In this document: positions 16,004 through 23,673 of the stretch, piece by piece | Position numbering within the stretch: the stretch's first letter is position 1 | How the letters are laid out: the number at the start of each line of letters is the position of its first letter | DNA from: Actinomycetota bacterium | GTDB taxonomy: Bacteria > Actinomycetota > Acidimicrobiia > IMCC26256 > JACDBD01 | DNA: 64,000 nucleotides | Assembly: GCA_052390575.1 (NCBI GenBank) | Contig: JBQTGU010000018.1 | Coordinates: forward strand, 34,125-98,124 | Direction: 5' to 3' | The notes under the pieces: model-generated | The model's input: only the letters and a program-made list of their open reading frames with translations | Told to the model about the DNA's origin: nothing | Databases searched by the model: none | Translations under genes and position numbers: made by a program

Positions 16004-17057
16004 CCAGCTGGTCGGCCCGCTCGGCCGCGGCGAGGGCGTCGACGATCTCGTCGATCTCACCCGCGAGCACCTGATCGAGGGAGTGGAGGGTGACACCGAC
16101 GCGGTGGTCGGTCACCCGGTTGTCCTTGAAGTTGTACGTGCGGACCTTCTCCGAGCGGCCGCCCCCCTTCACCTGGTCGCGCCGGGTCGACGACAACTCC
16201 TGGGCCTGCTGCTCGCGCTCGAGCTCGAGGAGGCGCGACCGCAGGATGCGCAGGGCCTTCTCCTTGTTCTGTAGCTGACTCTTCTCGTCCTGGCAGGTCA
16301 CGACCAGCCCGGTCGGCTTGTGCGTGATCCGCACCGCCGAGTCGGTGGTGTTCACCGACTGCCCGCCGGGGCCACTCGAGCGGTAGACGTTGATCTCGAG
16401 CTCGTTGGGGTCGATGCGGATGTCGACCTCCTCGGCCTCGGGCAGGACCGCGACGGTGGCCGCGCTCGTGTGCACCCGGCCCTGACTCTCGGTCACGGGC
16501 ACGCGCTGCACCCGGTGAGGCCCGCCTTCGTGCTTGAGCCGGTCCCACGCGTCCGGGCCCTTCACCACGAACGAGATCTCCCGGAAGCCGCCCATATCGG
16601 ACGGCTGACTCGCGAGCTCCTCCACCTTCCAGCCGTGGTTCTCGGCGTAGCGCTTGTACATGCCGAAGAGGTCGCCGGCCCAGAGGTTGGCCTCCTCGCC
16701 GCCCTCCGCGCCCCGGATCTCGACGATGACGTTCTTGCCCGTGTTGGGATCGGCGGGGACGAGCAGCTCGCGGAGCCGGGCATCGAGCTCGGCCAGCGCC
16801 GCCTCCTTATCCTCGACCTCGGCCCGGACGTAGTCGCGCATGTCCGCTTCGACCTCGCCGTTCAACAGCTCGCGGGCGTCGGCGACGTCCTGCTCCACCG
16901 CGCGGTACTCGCGGTAGGCGTCGACCACGGGTTTGAGCTCGGCGTGGCGCCGGCCGGCGTCGCGCGCGGCCGCCTGGTCCCCGGCCGCGTACAGCTCGGG
17001 GAGGCGGGACTCGAGCTTCTCGAGCTCGGCCTCGAGATCGGCGAGACGCTCGAACAT
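15987..17057 (-). CDS. prfA: Peptide chain release factor 1
   Basis: MFERLADLEAELEKLE..., the PVTESQGRVHTS region, and the GGQ motif SGPGGQSVNTTDSAVRITHKPTG. Confidence 0.95.
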   Translation of the reverse strand: MFERLADLEAELEKLESRLPELYAAGDQAAARDAGRRHAELKPVVDAYREYRAVEQDVADARELLNGEVEADMRDYVRAEVEDKEAALAELDARLRELLVPADPNTGKNVIVEIRGAEGGEEANLWAGDLFGMYKRYAENHGWKVEELASQPSDMGGFREISFVVKGPDAWDRLKHEGGPHRVQRVPVTESQGRVHTSAATVAVLPEAEEVDIRIDPNELEINVYRSSGPGGQSVNTTDSAVRITHKPTGLVVTCQDEKSQLQNKEKALRILRSRLLELEREQQAQELSSTRRDQVKGGGRSEKVRTYNFKDNRVTDHRVGVTLHSLDQVLAGEIDEIVDALAAAERADQLGAGND

Positions 17058-17062
17058 GAGCC

Positions 17063-17084
17063 CAGGGTACCGGTCGGTACCCTG
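17063..17084 (-). terminator. GC-rich near-perfect inverted repeat CAGGGTACCG-gt-CGGTACCCTG between DUF1501 stop and prfA start
   Basis: 10-nt arms. It lies 9 nt after the TAG at 17094..17096 and ends 5 nt before the prfA ATG (17057). There is no U-tract. Confidence 0.35.
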
Positions 17085-17093
17085 CGCCCCCGG

Positions 17094-18419
17094 CTAGGAA
17101 CGGAAGACGGGGAGAACGTCGAAGTCGTCGCCGAGGACGGGCCGGGACTCGACGCCCAGCCAGTCGAGCCCGGTCGCGTACAGGGCTCGGAAGTCGACGT
17201 GGTGCTCGAGGTTGCCGCCGCGGTCGAGCGTGCCGAGGTTCGGGGGCGTTCCGTAGCGGCCGCCCAGCACCTGAGCGCCGGCGACGAAGTGCACATTGGC
17301 GGTGCCGTGGTCGGTACCGCTGCCGTTCTCGGCCGGCCGGCGGCCGAATTCGGAGACGGTCATGAGTGCGACGTCCTCGTCGGCGCCGATTGTGGCGAAG
17401 AACTGCTCGATGCCGTCGTCGAGCTGCTGCATGAGCAGCGGATGGCGGTCGGCCTGGCCCTGGTGCGTGTCGAAGTCGCCGATGCCGTTGATGTAGATCA
17501 CGCGCGGCTTGGCCTTCGACGTGATCAGCTGCGCCGCCAGCGCCAGCGAGTCGCCCACGGTGGGGTCTCCGTAGCGGCCCTGGCCCGTCATGGCCGCCTG
17601 CCCGTCATCCTCCTTGTCGGCGTCGGCCGGGTCACCCTCGCCCCGGCCGCTCGACTCACCGAGGGCGCGGTCGAGGTCGGTGCGGGCGGTCCCGGTCAGG
17701 CCGATGGCCCGCTCGACCTGGTCGACGAGCGTGGTCGCGTCGACGGAGGCGGGCGCGAAGCCCGACCACGCCGCCAGCAAGTCGTCGCGGTCGTCGATCC
17801 AGGCGGGGAGCTGAGGCTGGAGTCCGGTGGTGTCGGCGATGGAGGTGGCGAACGACTGCTCACCGAGCAACGCGCGCGACGGCCCCGGACCGATGCTCAC
17901 CGCCGCCAGCGGGTCGTCGAAGCCGATCGTGCCGTCGAGGTACTTCCCCAGCCATCCGGCGTTGCCGCTCCCGCCCCGGGCCGACCACCAGATGTCGAAC
18001 GAGCCGAAGTGGGAGAGGTCGGGTTCGGGATAGCCGATGCCCTCGACGATCGCGACCTGCCCGGCGCCGAACCGCTCGGCCAGCTTCGGCAGGTTCGGGT
18101 GCAGCCCGACCTGCCCGTCGAGGTCGATCGGGTTCGTCACCCCCAGCGTCGGACGCAGGTCGTTGTAGGTACCGTCGTTCAGGGGCACCACCGTGTTGAG
18201 GCCGTCGTTGCCGCCGCCCATCTCGACGACCACAAGGGTGCGGCCGTTCCACGCCGCGAGCTCGCCGGCGCCGAGGGCCTCGCCGCCCGAGCTCGTCGCC
18301 GGATCGCGCCGCCATACCGTGAGGCCGTACCCAGAGGCCGCGGCCGCGCCGGCGGCCACGCCGAGGCCGGTGAGGAACTTGCGGCGGGAGACGCCGGACT
18401 CCGACAGGTAGTCGCTCAT
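17094..18419 (-). CDS. DUF1501 domain-containing protein (Tat-exported, sulfatase-fold family)
   Basis: Trimmed to the ATG at 18419. Tat signal MSDYLSESGVSRRKFLTGLGVAAGAAAASG. ATGA overlap with the upstream DUF1800 gene. Confidence 0.85.
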   Translation of the reverse strand: MSDYLSESGVSRRKFLTGLGVAAGAAAASGYGLTVWRRDPATSSGGEALGAGELAAWNGRTLVVVEMGGGNDGLNTVVPLNDGTYNDLRPTLGVTNPIDLDGQVGLHPNLPKLAERFGAGQVAIVEGIGYPEPDLSHFGSFDIWWSARGGSGNAGWLGKYLDGTIGFDDPLAAVSIGPGPSRALLGEQSFATSIADTTGLQPQLPAWIDDRDDLLAAWSGFAPASVDATTLVDQVERAIGLTGTARTDLDRALGESSGRGEGDPADADKEDDGQAAMTGQGRYGDPTVGDSLALAAQLITSKAKPRVIYINGIGDFDTHQGQADRHPLLMQQLDDGIEQFFATIGADEDVALMTVSEFGRRPAENGSGTDHGTANVHFVAGAQVLGGRYGTPPNLGTLDRGGNLEHHVDFRALYATGLDWLGVESRPVLGDDFDVLPVFRS

Positions 18420-19708
18420 ATCGCGGCGTACTCCGGTGAGGTGAAAACGAGGGCAAGCCGGCGGCCCGGGTCGGGCTCGCCGGCCACGACGTCGCGCGAC
18501 CGCGCGCTCACGTCGAAGAGCCCGAAGCGGGCGAAGAGGCCGTCGACGTCGTCCGGGACGGTGGTGGGCAGCGCGTCGATCGCGCCGAGGAGGTCGAACG
18601 TGTGCACGAGCTGGTGGGGGCCGAGCAGGCTCTCGCCGCTCGGGAAGCCGCCGACGTTCGGGGGGACGAACGGGATGTACCCCATCGTCCGCAGCGCCCG
18701 ACCCAGCGGCGACTGCTGCGGGTTGCGGCCGCGACCGTTGCCGCCCTGACCGGCGGCGAGGGTCGCGCCGGGCACCGACTGGATCAGCCCGATCAGCTTC
18801 TCGACCGGGGTACGGGCCTTGGTCCGGACGGCGGCATCGCCGGTGAAGGCGGCTTCGGCCACGATCGCCTCGACCAACGGGAGGATGGCGTAGTCGCGGG
18901 CGAAGGCGTCGCCGAGACGCGCCGCGGTCTTGTCGTCGGGCTCCACGCCGACAAGCTCCCGGTAGAGCTTCGACGCGACGAACCGGCCGGTGGCGGGCTC
19001 GGCCAGGATCACGTCGAGGGCGCCGTCCATGTCGAGCGCACCGGTCGTGCCGAGCAGGGTCTTCTCGCCGGCGTCGTGGCGCTGGGGAGCGAAGTACGCG
19101 CTCCAGAGGGGAACGTCGTCGCGGGTGAACCGGCGGCCGGGCACGTTCACGACCCAGCCGCTGAACGCCCGCGACGCTTCGACGACGTCTTCCTGGGTGT
19201 AGCCGCCGATTCCGAGCGTGAACAGCTCCATGCACTCACGGCCGAAGTTCTCGTTGACCTGGCGCGCCTGGTTGGTGATGCCGTCGAGGTAGAAGAGCAT
19301 CGCCGGATCCCGCGAGATCGCTCGCAGGAGGTCGGCGAAGTTTCCGGTGGCGTGCTGCCGGATCGTCAGGTGCTGCTGGTACATCAGGTACGGCACCCGC
19401 ACCTTCACGATGCTGGTGGCGAAGTGGTCGTGCCAGAACCACACCAGGCGCTCCTCCACCAGCCTCGGGCTGATGGTCATCTGTCCCGCCCACCAGCCGA
19501 TGGCGGTGGCGATCTCGCCCGGCTGAGGATTGCCGTAGTCGGTCGGCACCGCCATCTCCAGCGGGGGCGCGGGGGCGGCCGCCAGGTCCAGGGCGGCGGC
19601 GATGGCGGCGTCGGTGTCGGCCAGGGCGTCGAGACGGTCGGGGTGGACGCCCATCGAGAGACGCCGGACCACGTGGGCGACCTTCTCGCGACTACCTACT
19701 CTCGCCAC
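18416..19708 (-). CDS. DUF1800 domain-containing protein
   Basis: LVWFWHDHFATS and MLFYLDGITN are family hallmarks. It forms the canonical DUF1800-DUF1501 gene pair. Confidence 0.8.
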   Translation of the reverse strand: MARVGSREKVAHVVRRLSMGVHPDRLDALADTDAAIAAALDLAAAPAPPLEMAVPTDYGNPQPGEIATAIGWWAGQMTISPRLVEERLVWFWHDHFATSIVKVRVPYLMYQQHLTIRQHATGNFADLLRAISRDPAMLFYLDGITNQARQVNENFGRECMELFTLGIGGYTQEDVVEASRAFSGWVVNVPGRRFTRDDVPLWSAYFAPQRHDAGEKTLLGTTGALDMDGALDVILAEPATGRFVASKLYRELVGVEPDDKTAARLGDAFARDYAILPLVEAIVAEAAFTGDAAVRTKARTPVEKLIGLIQSVPGATLAAGQGGNGRGRNPQQSPLGRALRTMGYIPFVPPNVGGFPSGESLLGPHQLVHTFDLLGAIDALPTTVPDDVDGLFARFGLFDVSARSRDVVAGEPDPGRRLALVFTSPEYAAI

Positions 19709-19744
19709 GGGGCTCAGTGTCGCCCCGGTCTGTCAGGGGAGTGT

Positions 19745-19767
19745 GAAGCCCGACTGAGGAGGGCTTC
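19745..19767 (-). terminator. Hairpin GAAGCCC-9nt-GGGCTTC just downstream of the LLM gene stop
   Basis: 7-bp stem, 6 nt after the stop at 19774..19776. A second hairpin, CGGGGC-7nt-GCCCCG, follows. There is no U-tract. Confidence 0.3.
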
Positions 19768-19773
19768 AGGGAG

Positions 19774-21144
19774 TCAGCTGGTGCGCCAGGCCTCCAGAAC
19801 GGAGTTGTCGCCGCCGGCGCTCTGCTCCGCGACCTGGTCGAGGAACTGGTGGAACTCGTCGGCGCCGGCGCGGTCGGCCATGGCCCGGGGGATGGCCGGG
19901 AACTCGTAGTCGGACGACGGCAGCGGCGGGTGGTCCTCGGCGGGCTTGCGGGCCATCACCTTGTCGGCGATCGGGGCCATACGCTTGGCCTTGTCCCGCA
20001 CGGCCTGCTCGTCGCGGCCCTTGAACTCGGGCAGCACCTCGCGCCCGAACAGCTCGAGGCTCTCCATGATGTGCTCGTGGCGGTTCTTGCCCGCCTGGCT
20101 CACGAAGATGACCTGGTCGACGCCGCACTCCTCGTAGCGACGGAGGAACTCGCGGATCTGATCGGGAGTCCCGACCGCGCCCCGCAGGCCGCCCAGCCCG
20201 TTCTCGACGACCTTGGCACCGAGGCGGTCGTTGTTAGCGGCGGCCGCGTGGACCGCGGCCGGGTCGTAGCCCTGCTCCGCCCGGCGCTTCTGGTACTCGG
20301 CCCACACGTCGGTCTTGCCCGGGTGGTGGCGGCCGAAGACGTAGTAGTGCGCGAGCGAGTAGCCGAAGAAGTTCGCCCCTTCGAGCCCGCGGAGCAGCGC
20401 CTGGTCCTCGTCGGGATGGCACATGAAGGTGGACACGCAGGCGACGTTGGCGTTGACCGCGTCGCCGATCGGCACCCCCTGCTCCTCGAGGGTGTCGTAG
20501 TAGTCGTTGATCCACCACTTCGCCTCTTCGGGATCGACGAACGCGAACGTCAGCGCGCCGATCGCCTTCTGGGCGGCGAGGTGCATGGTGTCGCGCCGGC
20601 TGCACGCCACCCACACCGGCGGGTGGGGCTTCTGCCGGGGCTTGGGCACGACGTTGCGGGGCGGCATCGTGACCCACTTGCCGGCGTGGCCGCTGAAGGG
20701 CTCCTCGGTCAGGCAGCGCAGCGCGACCCGGAGGCCCTCCTCCCACATCGGCCGCTTGTCTTCCGGGTCGATCAGGAAGCCGCCGAGCTCAGCCTCTGAC
20801 GACGACTCGCCGGTGCCGAAGTCGACCCGGCCGCCGGAGACGAGGTCGAGCATGGCGATGCGCTCGGCGACCCGGGCGGGGTGGTTGAACGCCGGCGGGG
20901 TCTGCACGATGCCGTGGCCGAGGCGCATGTTCTTGGTGCGCTGCGAGACCGCGGCGAGGAACACCTCGGGCGCGCTCGAGTGGCTGTACTCCTCGAGGAA
21001 GTGGTGCTCGACCTCCCAGACGTATTCGATGCCGAGCGAGTCCGCGTACTCGCACTGCTCGAGCGCCTGTTGGAGCAGCTCGTACTCCGACTCCTCGTCC
21101 CAGGGGCGCGGCAGCTGGTGCTCGTAGAACAGGCCGAACTTCAT
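19774..21144 (-). CDS. LLM-class (luciferase-like) flavin-dependent oxidoreductase
   Basis: Trimmed to the ATG at 21144: MKFGLFYEHQLPRPW...VWEVEHHF...RVDFGTGESSS. ATGA overlap with the upstream gene. About 90 aa of C-terminal extension. Confidence 0.85.
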   Translation of the reverse strand: MKFGLFYEHQLPRPWDEESEYELLQQALEQCEYADSLGIEYVWEVEHHFLEEYSHSSAPEVFLAAVSQRTKNMRLGHGIVQTPPAFNHPARVAERIAMLDLVSGGRVDFGTGESSSEAELGGFLIDPEDKRPMWEEGLRVALRCLTEEPFSGHAGKWVTMPPRNVVPKPRQKPHPPVWVACSRRDTMHLAAQKAIGALTFAFVDPEEAKWWINDYYDTLEEQGVPIGDAVNANVACVSTFMCHPDEDQALLRGLEGANFFGYSLAHYYVFGRHHPGKTDVWAEYQKRRAEQGYDPAAVHAAAANNDRLGAKVVENGLGGLRGAVGTPDQIREFLRRYEECGVDQVIFVSQAGKNRHEHIMESLELFGREVLPEFKGRDEQAVRDKAKRMAPIADKVMARKPAEDHPPLPSSDYEFPAIPRAMADRAGADEFHQFLDQVAEQSAGGDNSVLEAWRTS

Positions 21145-22310
21145 CCTTTTCTCGCTCGCTCGCTGCGGCGCAGGGTACCCGCGCCGCGGGCGCTCGCTCG
21201 CTGGCGAGCGCGCGGCAGCCAGTCGATCGTGCCCAGCTCGTCGAACTCCTCGAGCAGGTCGTCGCCCCCCGGGTTGGCCTTCATCGCCCGCTCGATCTCG
21301 CGCCTCGTGGCCTCGAGGAACTGATCGCGACGGGGACCGAGCGAGTCGGCCAGGCCCCGGTCCCACAGCTCGCCGATGACCCTCGTGCCTTCCAGCTTCT
21401 TCCCGGACTCGCCCACGAAGGTGCGGTCGCGCATCTCGGTGATGGCGGTCTTGAGGTACTCGACGTGCGGGGCTTCGTCCGCCCGGATGTACGAGACCAC
21501 CTTGGCGGCATCGCCGTCGCCCGCAACCAGGTCGGTGTCGGAGAGCACCGCCTCGGCCCACGCGAACGTGTGGAAGGCGGAGATCTCGATCAGCAGGATC
21601 CCGATCATGCGCTGCACGAGCATCTCGAGCCCGAAGTCGAGGTCGGAGAACACCCGCTGCTCTTCCATCCTCATGCGCTCGCTCACTGCGGGCCGGGCCA
21701 TCCCCGATTGGGTTGGCCGGCCCGCGGGCGCTCGCTCGCTGGTGAGGCCCATGCGCTCGAGCATGGTGGCGGTCTGGTCCTCGGTGATCGGCTCCTCGAA
21801 CGCGATGTCGCGCGCCGCGAACCACATCTGCTTGTGGCCGGCCTCGTCCTCGAAGCCGGCTTCGTCGCGGGCGTGGGCCTCGAACAGGCCCCGGCTGAGG
21901 TGGGCGGTCGCGGTGCCGGTGATGCTCCCGTCGAAGAAGCGCTGGATGTCGCCGACGTCGGCGTAGCGGATCATGGCGCCGAAGCCCTCGACGGTGCCGA
22001 TGCGGGTGAGGACGGTGATCATCGGCTCGCGCACGCCGTTGCGCACGAGGAACTTGGCCTGGGCCACGTTGGGGTAGCTCTCGGGCCACGTCGCCAGGGG
22101 CACGTCGATGAGGTCGGTGCCGAACTGCTCGCGGTGGTGCCGCTGCCACGCGTCAATGGCGGGCTCGCGGAACTTCGTGCGGGGCGAGCGGTACTCGCCG
22201 GTGGCGTCGAAGCCACCGTGGCAACGCACGCCCGCGGCGATGAGGGGCTCGGCGATCTCGTCCGAGGCGAGCAGCTCCGCCCCGGACCAGTCGGTCTGGA
22301 GATTGCTCAC
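21141..22310 (-). CDS. Hypothetical protein with ferritin-like/di-iron-type E...ExxH signatures
   Basis: GTG start at 22310. Two ExxH elements are present (FEDEAGHKQMW and RADEAPHVEYL), each preceded by upstream Glu residues. It is translationally coupled to the LLM gene and contains repeat copies A and B in-frame. Confidence 0.55.
   Translation of the reverse strand: MSNLQTDWSGAELLASDEIAEPLIAAGVRCHGGFDATGEYRSPRTKFREPAIDAWQRHHREQFGTDLIDVPLATWPESYPNVAQAKFLVRNGVREPMITVLTRIGTVEGFGAMIRYADVGDIQRFFDGSITGTATAHLSRGLFEAHARDEAGFEDEAGHKQMWFAARDIAFEEPITEDQTATMLERMGLTSERAPAGRPTQSGMARPAVSERMRMEEQRVFSDLDFGLEMLVQRMIGILLIEISAFHTFAWAEAVLSDTDLVAGDGDAAKVVSYIRADEAPHVEYLKTAITEMRDRTFVGESGKKLEGTRVIGELWDRGLADSLGPRRDQFLEATRREIERAMKANPGGDDLLEEFDELGTIDWLPRARQRASARGAGTLRRSERARKG
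21151..21214. repeat. GC-rich palindromic repeat, copy A (CTCGCT direct-repeat arms flanking a hairpin)
   Basis: Left arm GCTCGCTCGCTGCGG (21154..21168), hairpin core cgcaGGGTACCCgcg, right arm CCGCGGGCGCTCGCTCGCTGG (21184..21204), which is identical to 21722..21742. It forms the 3' tail of CDS 21141..22310. Confidence 0.6.
21675..21747. repeat. GC-rich palindromic repeat, copy B (inside the CDS)
   Basis: Left arm GCTCGCTCACTGCGG (21677..21691; 14/15 identical to copy A), a different 30-nt self-complementary core, and right arm CCGCGGGCGCTCGCTCGCTGG (21722..21742). It encodes LTSERAPAGRPTQSGMARPAVSER. Confidence 0.6.
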
Positions 22311-22316
22311 GGGCCG

Positions 22317-22347
22317 AGCCTACGACTCTTGCACATCGAGTGCAAGA
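22317..22347 (-). promoter_or_regulatory. Putative leaderless promoter (TTGCAC-17-TAGGCT) overlapped by the perfect 8-bp inverted repeat TCTTGCAC-5nt-GTGCAAGA
   Basis: On the minus strand, the -35 is at 22345..22340 and the -10 at 22322..22317. The GTG start (22310) is 6 nt after the -10. The palindrome spans 22327..22347. Confidence 0.4.
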
Positions 22348-22401
22348 ACATTGTGCCCGATGTCACAGGCCGGGTACCAGGCGAATTGCGACGAAAGCGG
22401 G

Positions 22402-23340
22402 TTAGAGCGCGCCGCGGAACGCCGGCAGCGCGGCCGGCGCGGGCTCCCGCCGGGCCTCGACCTCGGCCAACTGGTCGGCGGTCATGACCGCCTTGAGCGA
22501 CGTGATCGCGACCTCGAGCTGGTCGAGGCTGGGCGGGCGGGTCGTGAGCTTCTGGAGCGCGAGGCCAGGTCGCATGAGGACGCGCATCCAGGCCTTGTCC
22601 ATGTGGCGGGCGGCGAAGCGGATGATCTCGTAGCTGATGCCGGCGATGAGCGGGATCAGCAGCACCCGTGACGCGATCAGCAACGGGAGCGCGGGACGGC
22701 CGAAGAAGGCGTACACGACGATGGTGATGACCATCACGGTGAGGAGGAAGTTCGTCCCGCAGCGGACGTGCTCGGTGGTAAAGCGCTGCGCCGACTCCGG
22801 GGTGACCTCGACGCCGTTCTCGTAGGCCGCGATCGCCTTGTGCTCGGCGCCGTGGTACTGGAAGACGCGCTTGATGTCGGCCATCAGCCCGATGAGCAGG
22901 ATGTAGCCGATGAAGAGGCCGAGGCGCAGCCCGCCCTCGGCGGCGTGGAGCCAGAACCCGTCGAGGGGCAGGAGCCGGTTGAGGCCCCGCGCCCCGAACG
23001 CCGGCAGCAGGATGAAGATGGCGGTGAACACGGTCAGCGCGACCGCCATCGTCCAGCCGATCGCCTTCGACGACAGCTGCTCTTCCTCGGGCACCTGCTT
23101 GTTGGCCGACCACGACAGCGCCCTGAAACCGAGGGTCAGCGACTCGGCCAGGGTGACGACGCCGCGGACGAGCGGGACCTTCGACCAGCGCTCGGCCCAG
23201 CGGGGTGCGTCGTGGACCTCGACCTCGATGTCGCCGTCGAGCGTGCGCACGGCGACGGCCCAGGCGCGCTCGCCCCGCATCATGACGCCTTCCATCACGG
23301 CCTGCCCGCCCATGTACTTGGGCAGGGGCTGGCGCGCCAA
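22402..23340 (-). CDS. DUF1385 domain-containing membrane protein
   Basis: Probable TTG start at 23340 (alternative ATG at 23313). YMGGQAVMEGVMMRG and QYHGAEHKAI are family hallmarks. Confidence 0.8.
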   Translation of the reverse strand: MARQPLPKYMGGQAVMEGVMMRGERAWAVAVRTLDGDIEVEVHDAPRWAERWSKVPLVRGVVTLAESLTLGFRALSWSANKQVPEEEQLSSKAIGWTMAVALTVFTAIFILLPAFGARGLNRLLPLDGFWLHAAEGGLRLGLFIGYILLIGLMADIKRVFQYHGAEHKAIAAYENGVEVTPESAQRFTTEHVRCGTNFLLTVMVITIVVYAFFGRPALPLLIASRVLLIPLIAGISYEIIRFAARHMDKAWMRVLMRPGLALQKLTTRPPSLDQLEVAITSLKAVMTADQLAEVEARREPAPAALPAFRGAL

Positions 23341-23345
23341 CGGGG

Positions 23346-23567
23346 TTAGGCCTTCTTCTTGGCCGCGTCGGCCTTGGCGTACCGGCGCTGGAAGCGCTCG
23401 ACGCGGCCGCCGGTGTCGACCAGCTTCTGCTTGCCCGTGTAGAAGGGATGGCACTCCGAGCACAGCTCGGCTCGGAGCTCGGGCACGGTCGAGCGGGTCG
23501 TGAACGTGTTGCCGCACGAGCAGGTCACGCGGCACTCGACGTATTCGGGGTGGATATCAGCCTTCAT
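23346..23567 (-). CDS. rpmE: 50S ribosomal protein L31 (Zn-ribbon, type A)
   Basis: [26 protein letters not shown]...[14 protein letters not shown]. The CxC...CxxC cysteines are present. Confidence 0.95.
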   Translation of the reverse strand: MKADIHPEYVECRVTCSCGNTFTTRSTVPELRAELCSECHPFYTGKQKLVDTGGRVERFQRRYAKADAAKKKA

Positions 23568-23574
23568 GCTTTGC

Positions 23575-23662
23575 CTCGCTCTCTCGGCGCCAGGATACCT
23601 GGCGCCGCCCTTCGGGACGCTCGCTCGGCGGCGAGCTCCCTGCGCTCGCTCCGCTCGCTCCG
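23575..23662. repeat. GC-rich palindromic repeat, copy C (diverged) in the rho-rpmE intergenic region
   Basis: CTCGCTCTCTC, then the perfect hairpin GGCGCCAGG-ata-CCTGGCGCC (23586..23606), then ACGCTCGCTCGGCGGCGAGC (second hairpin at 23619..23636), then GCGCTCGCTCCGCTCGCTCC. Confidence 0.5.
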
Positions 23663-23673
23663 GTCGCCGCGCG

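Noticed and set aside
15987-17057. A programmed frameshift in the release-factor gene.
   Set aside because: That mechanism belongs to prfB. This is prfA and reads through uninterrupted with the GGQ motif in frame.
16320-18749. Very long plus-strand ORF (809 aa) antisense to prfA/DUF1501/DUF1800. Similar giants lie at 10041..12500, 5909..7564, 23500..24990, 2325..4214 and 8039..9211.
   Set aside because: The translations are Arg/Gly/Pro/Ala-rich with no recognisable domains. They lie opposite genes with clear family motifs, the classic stop-codon-poor antisense frames of high-GC DNA.
23346-23567. rpmE as a possible Zur-regulated Cys-less paralog.
   Set aside because: The CxC...CxxC zinc-ribbon cysteines are present, so this is the standard zinc-binding form. 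I saw no Zur-box-like AT-rich palindrome upstream.
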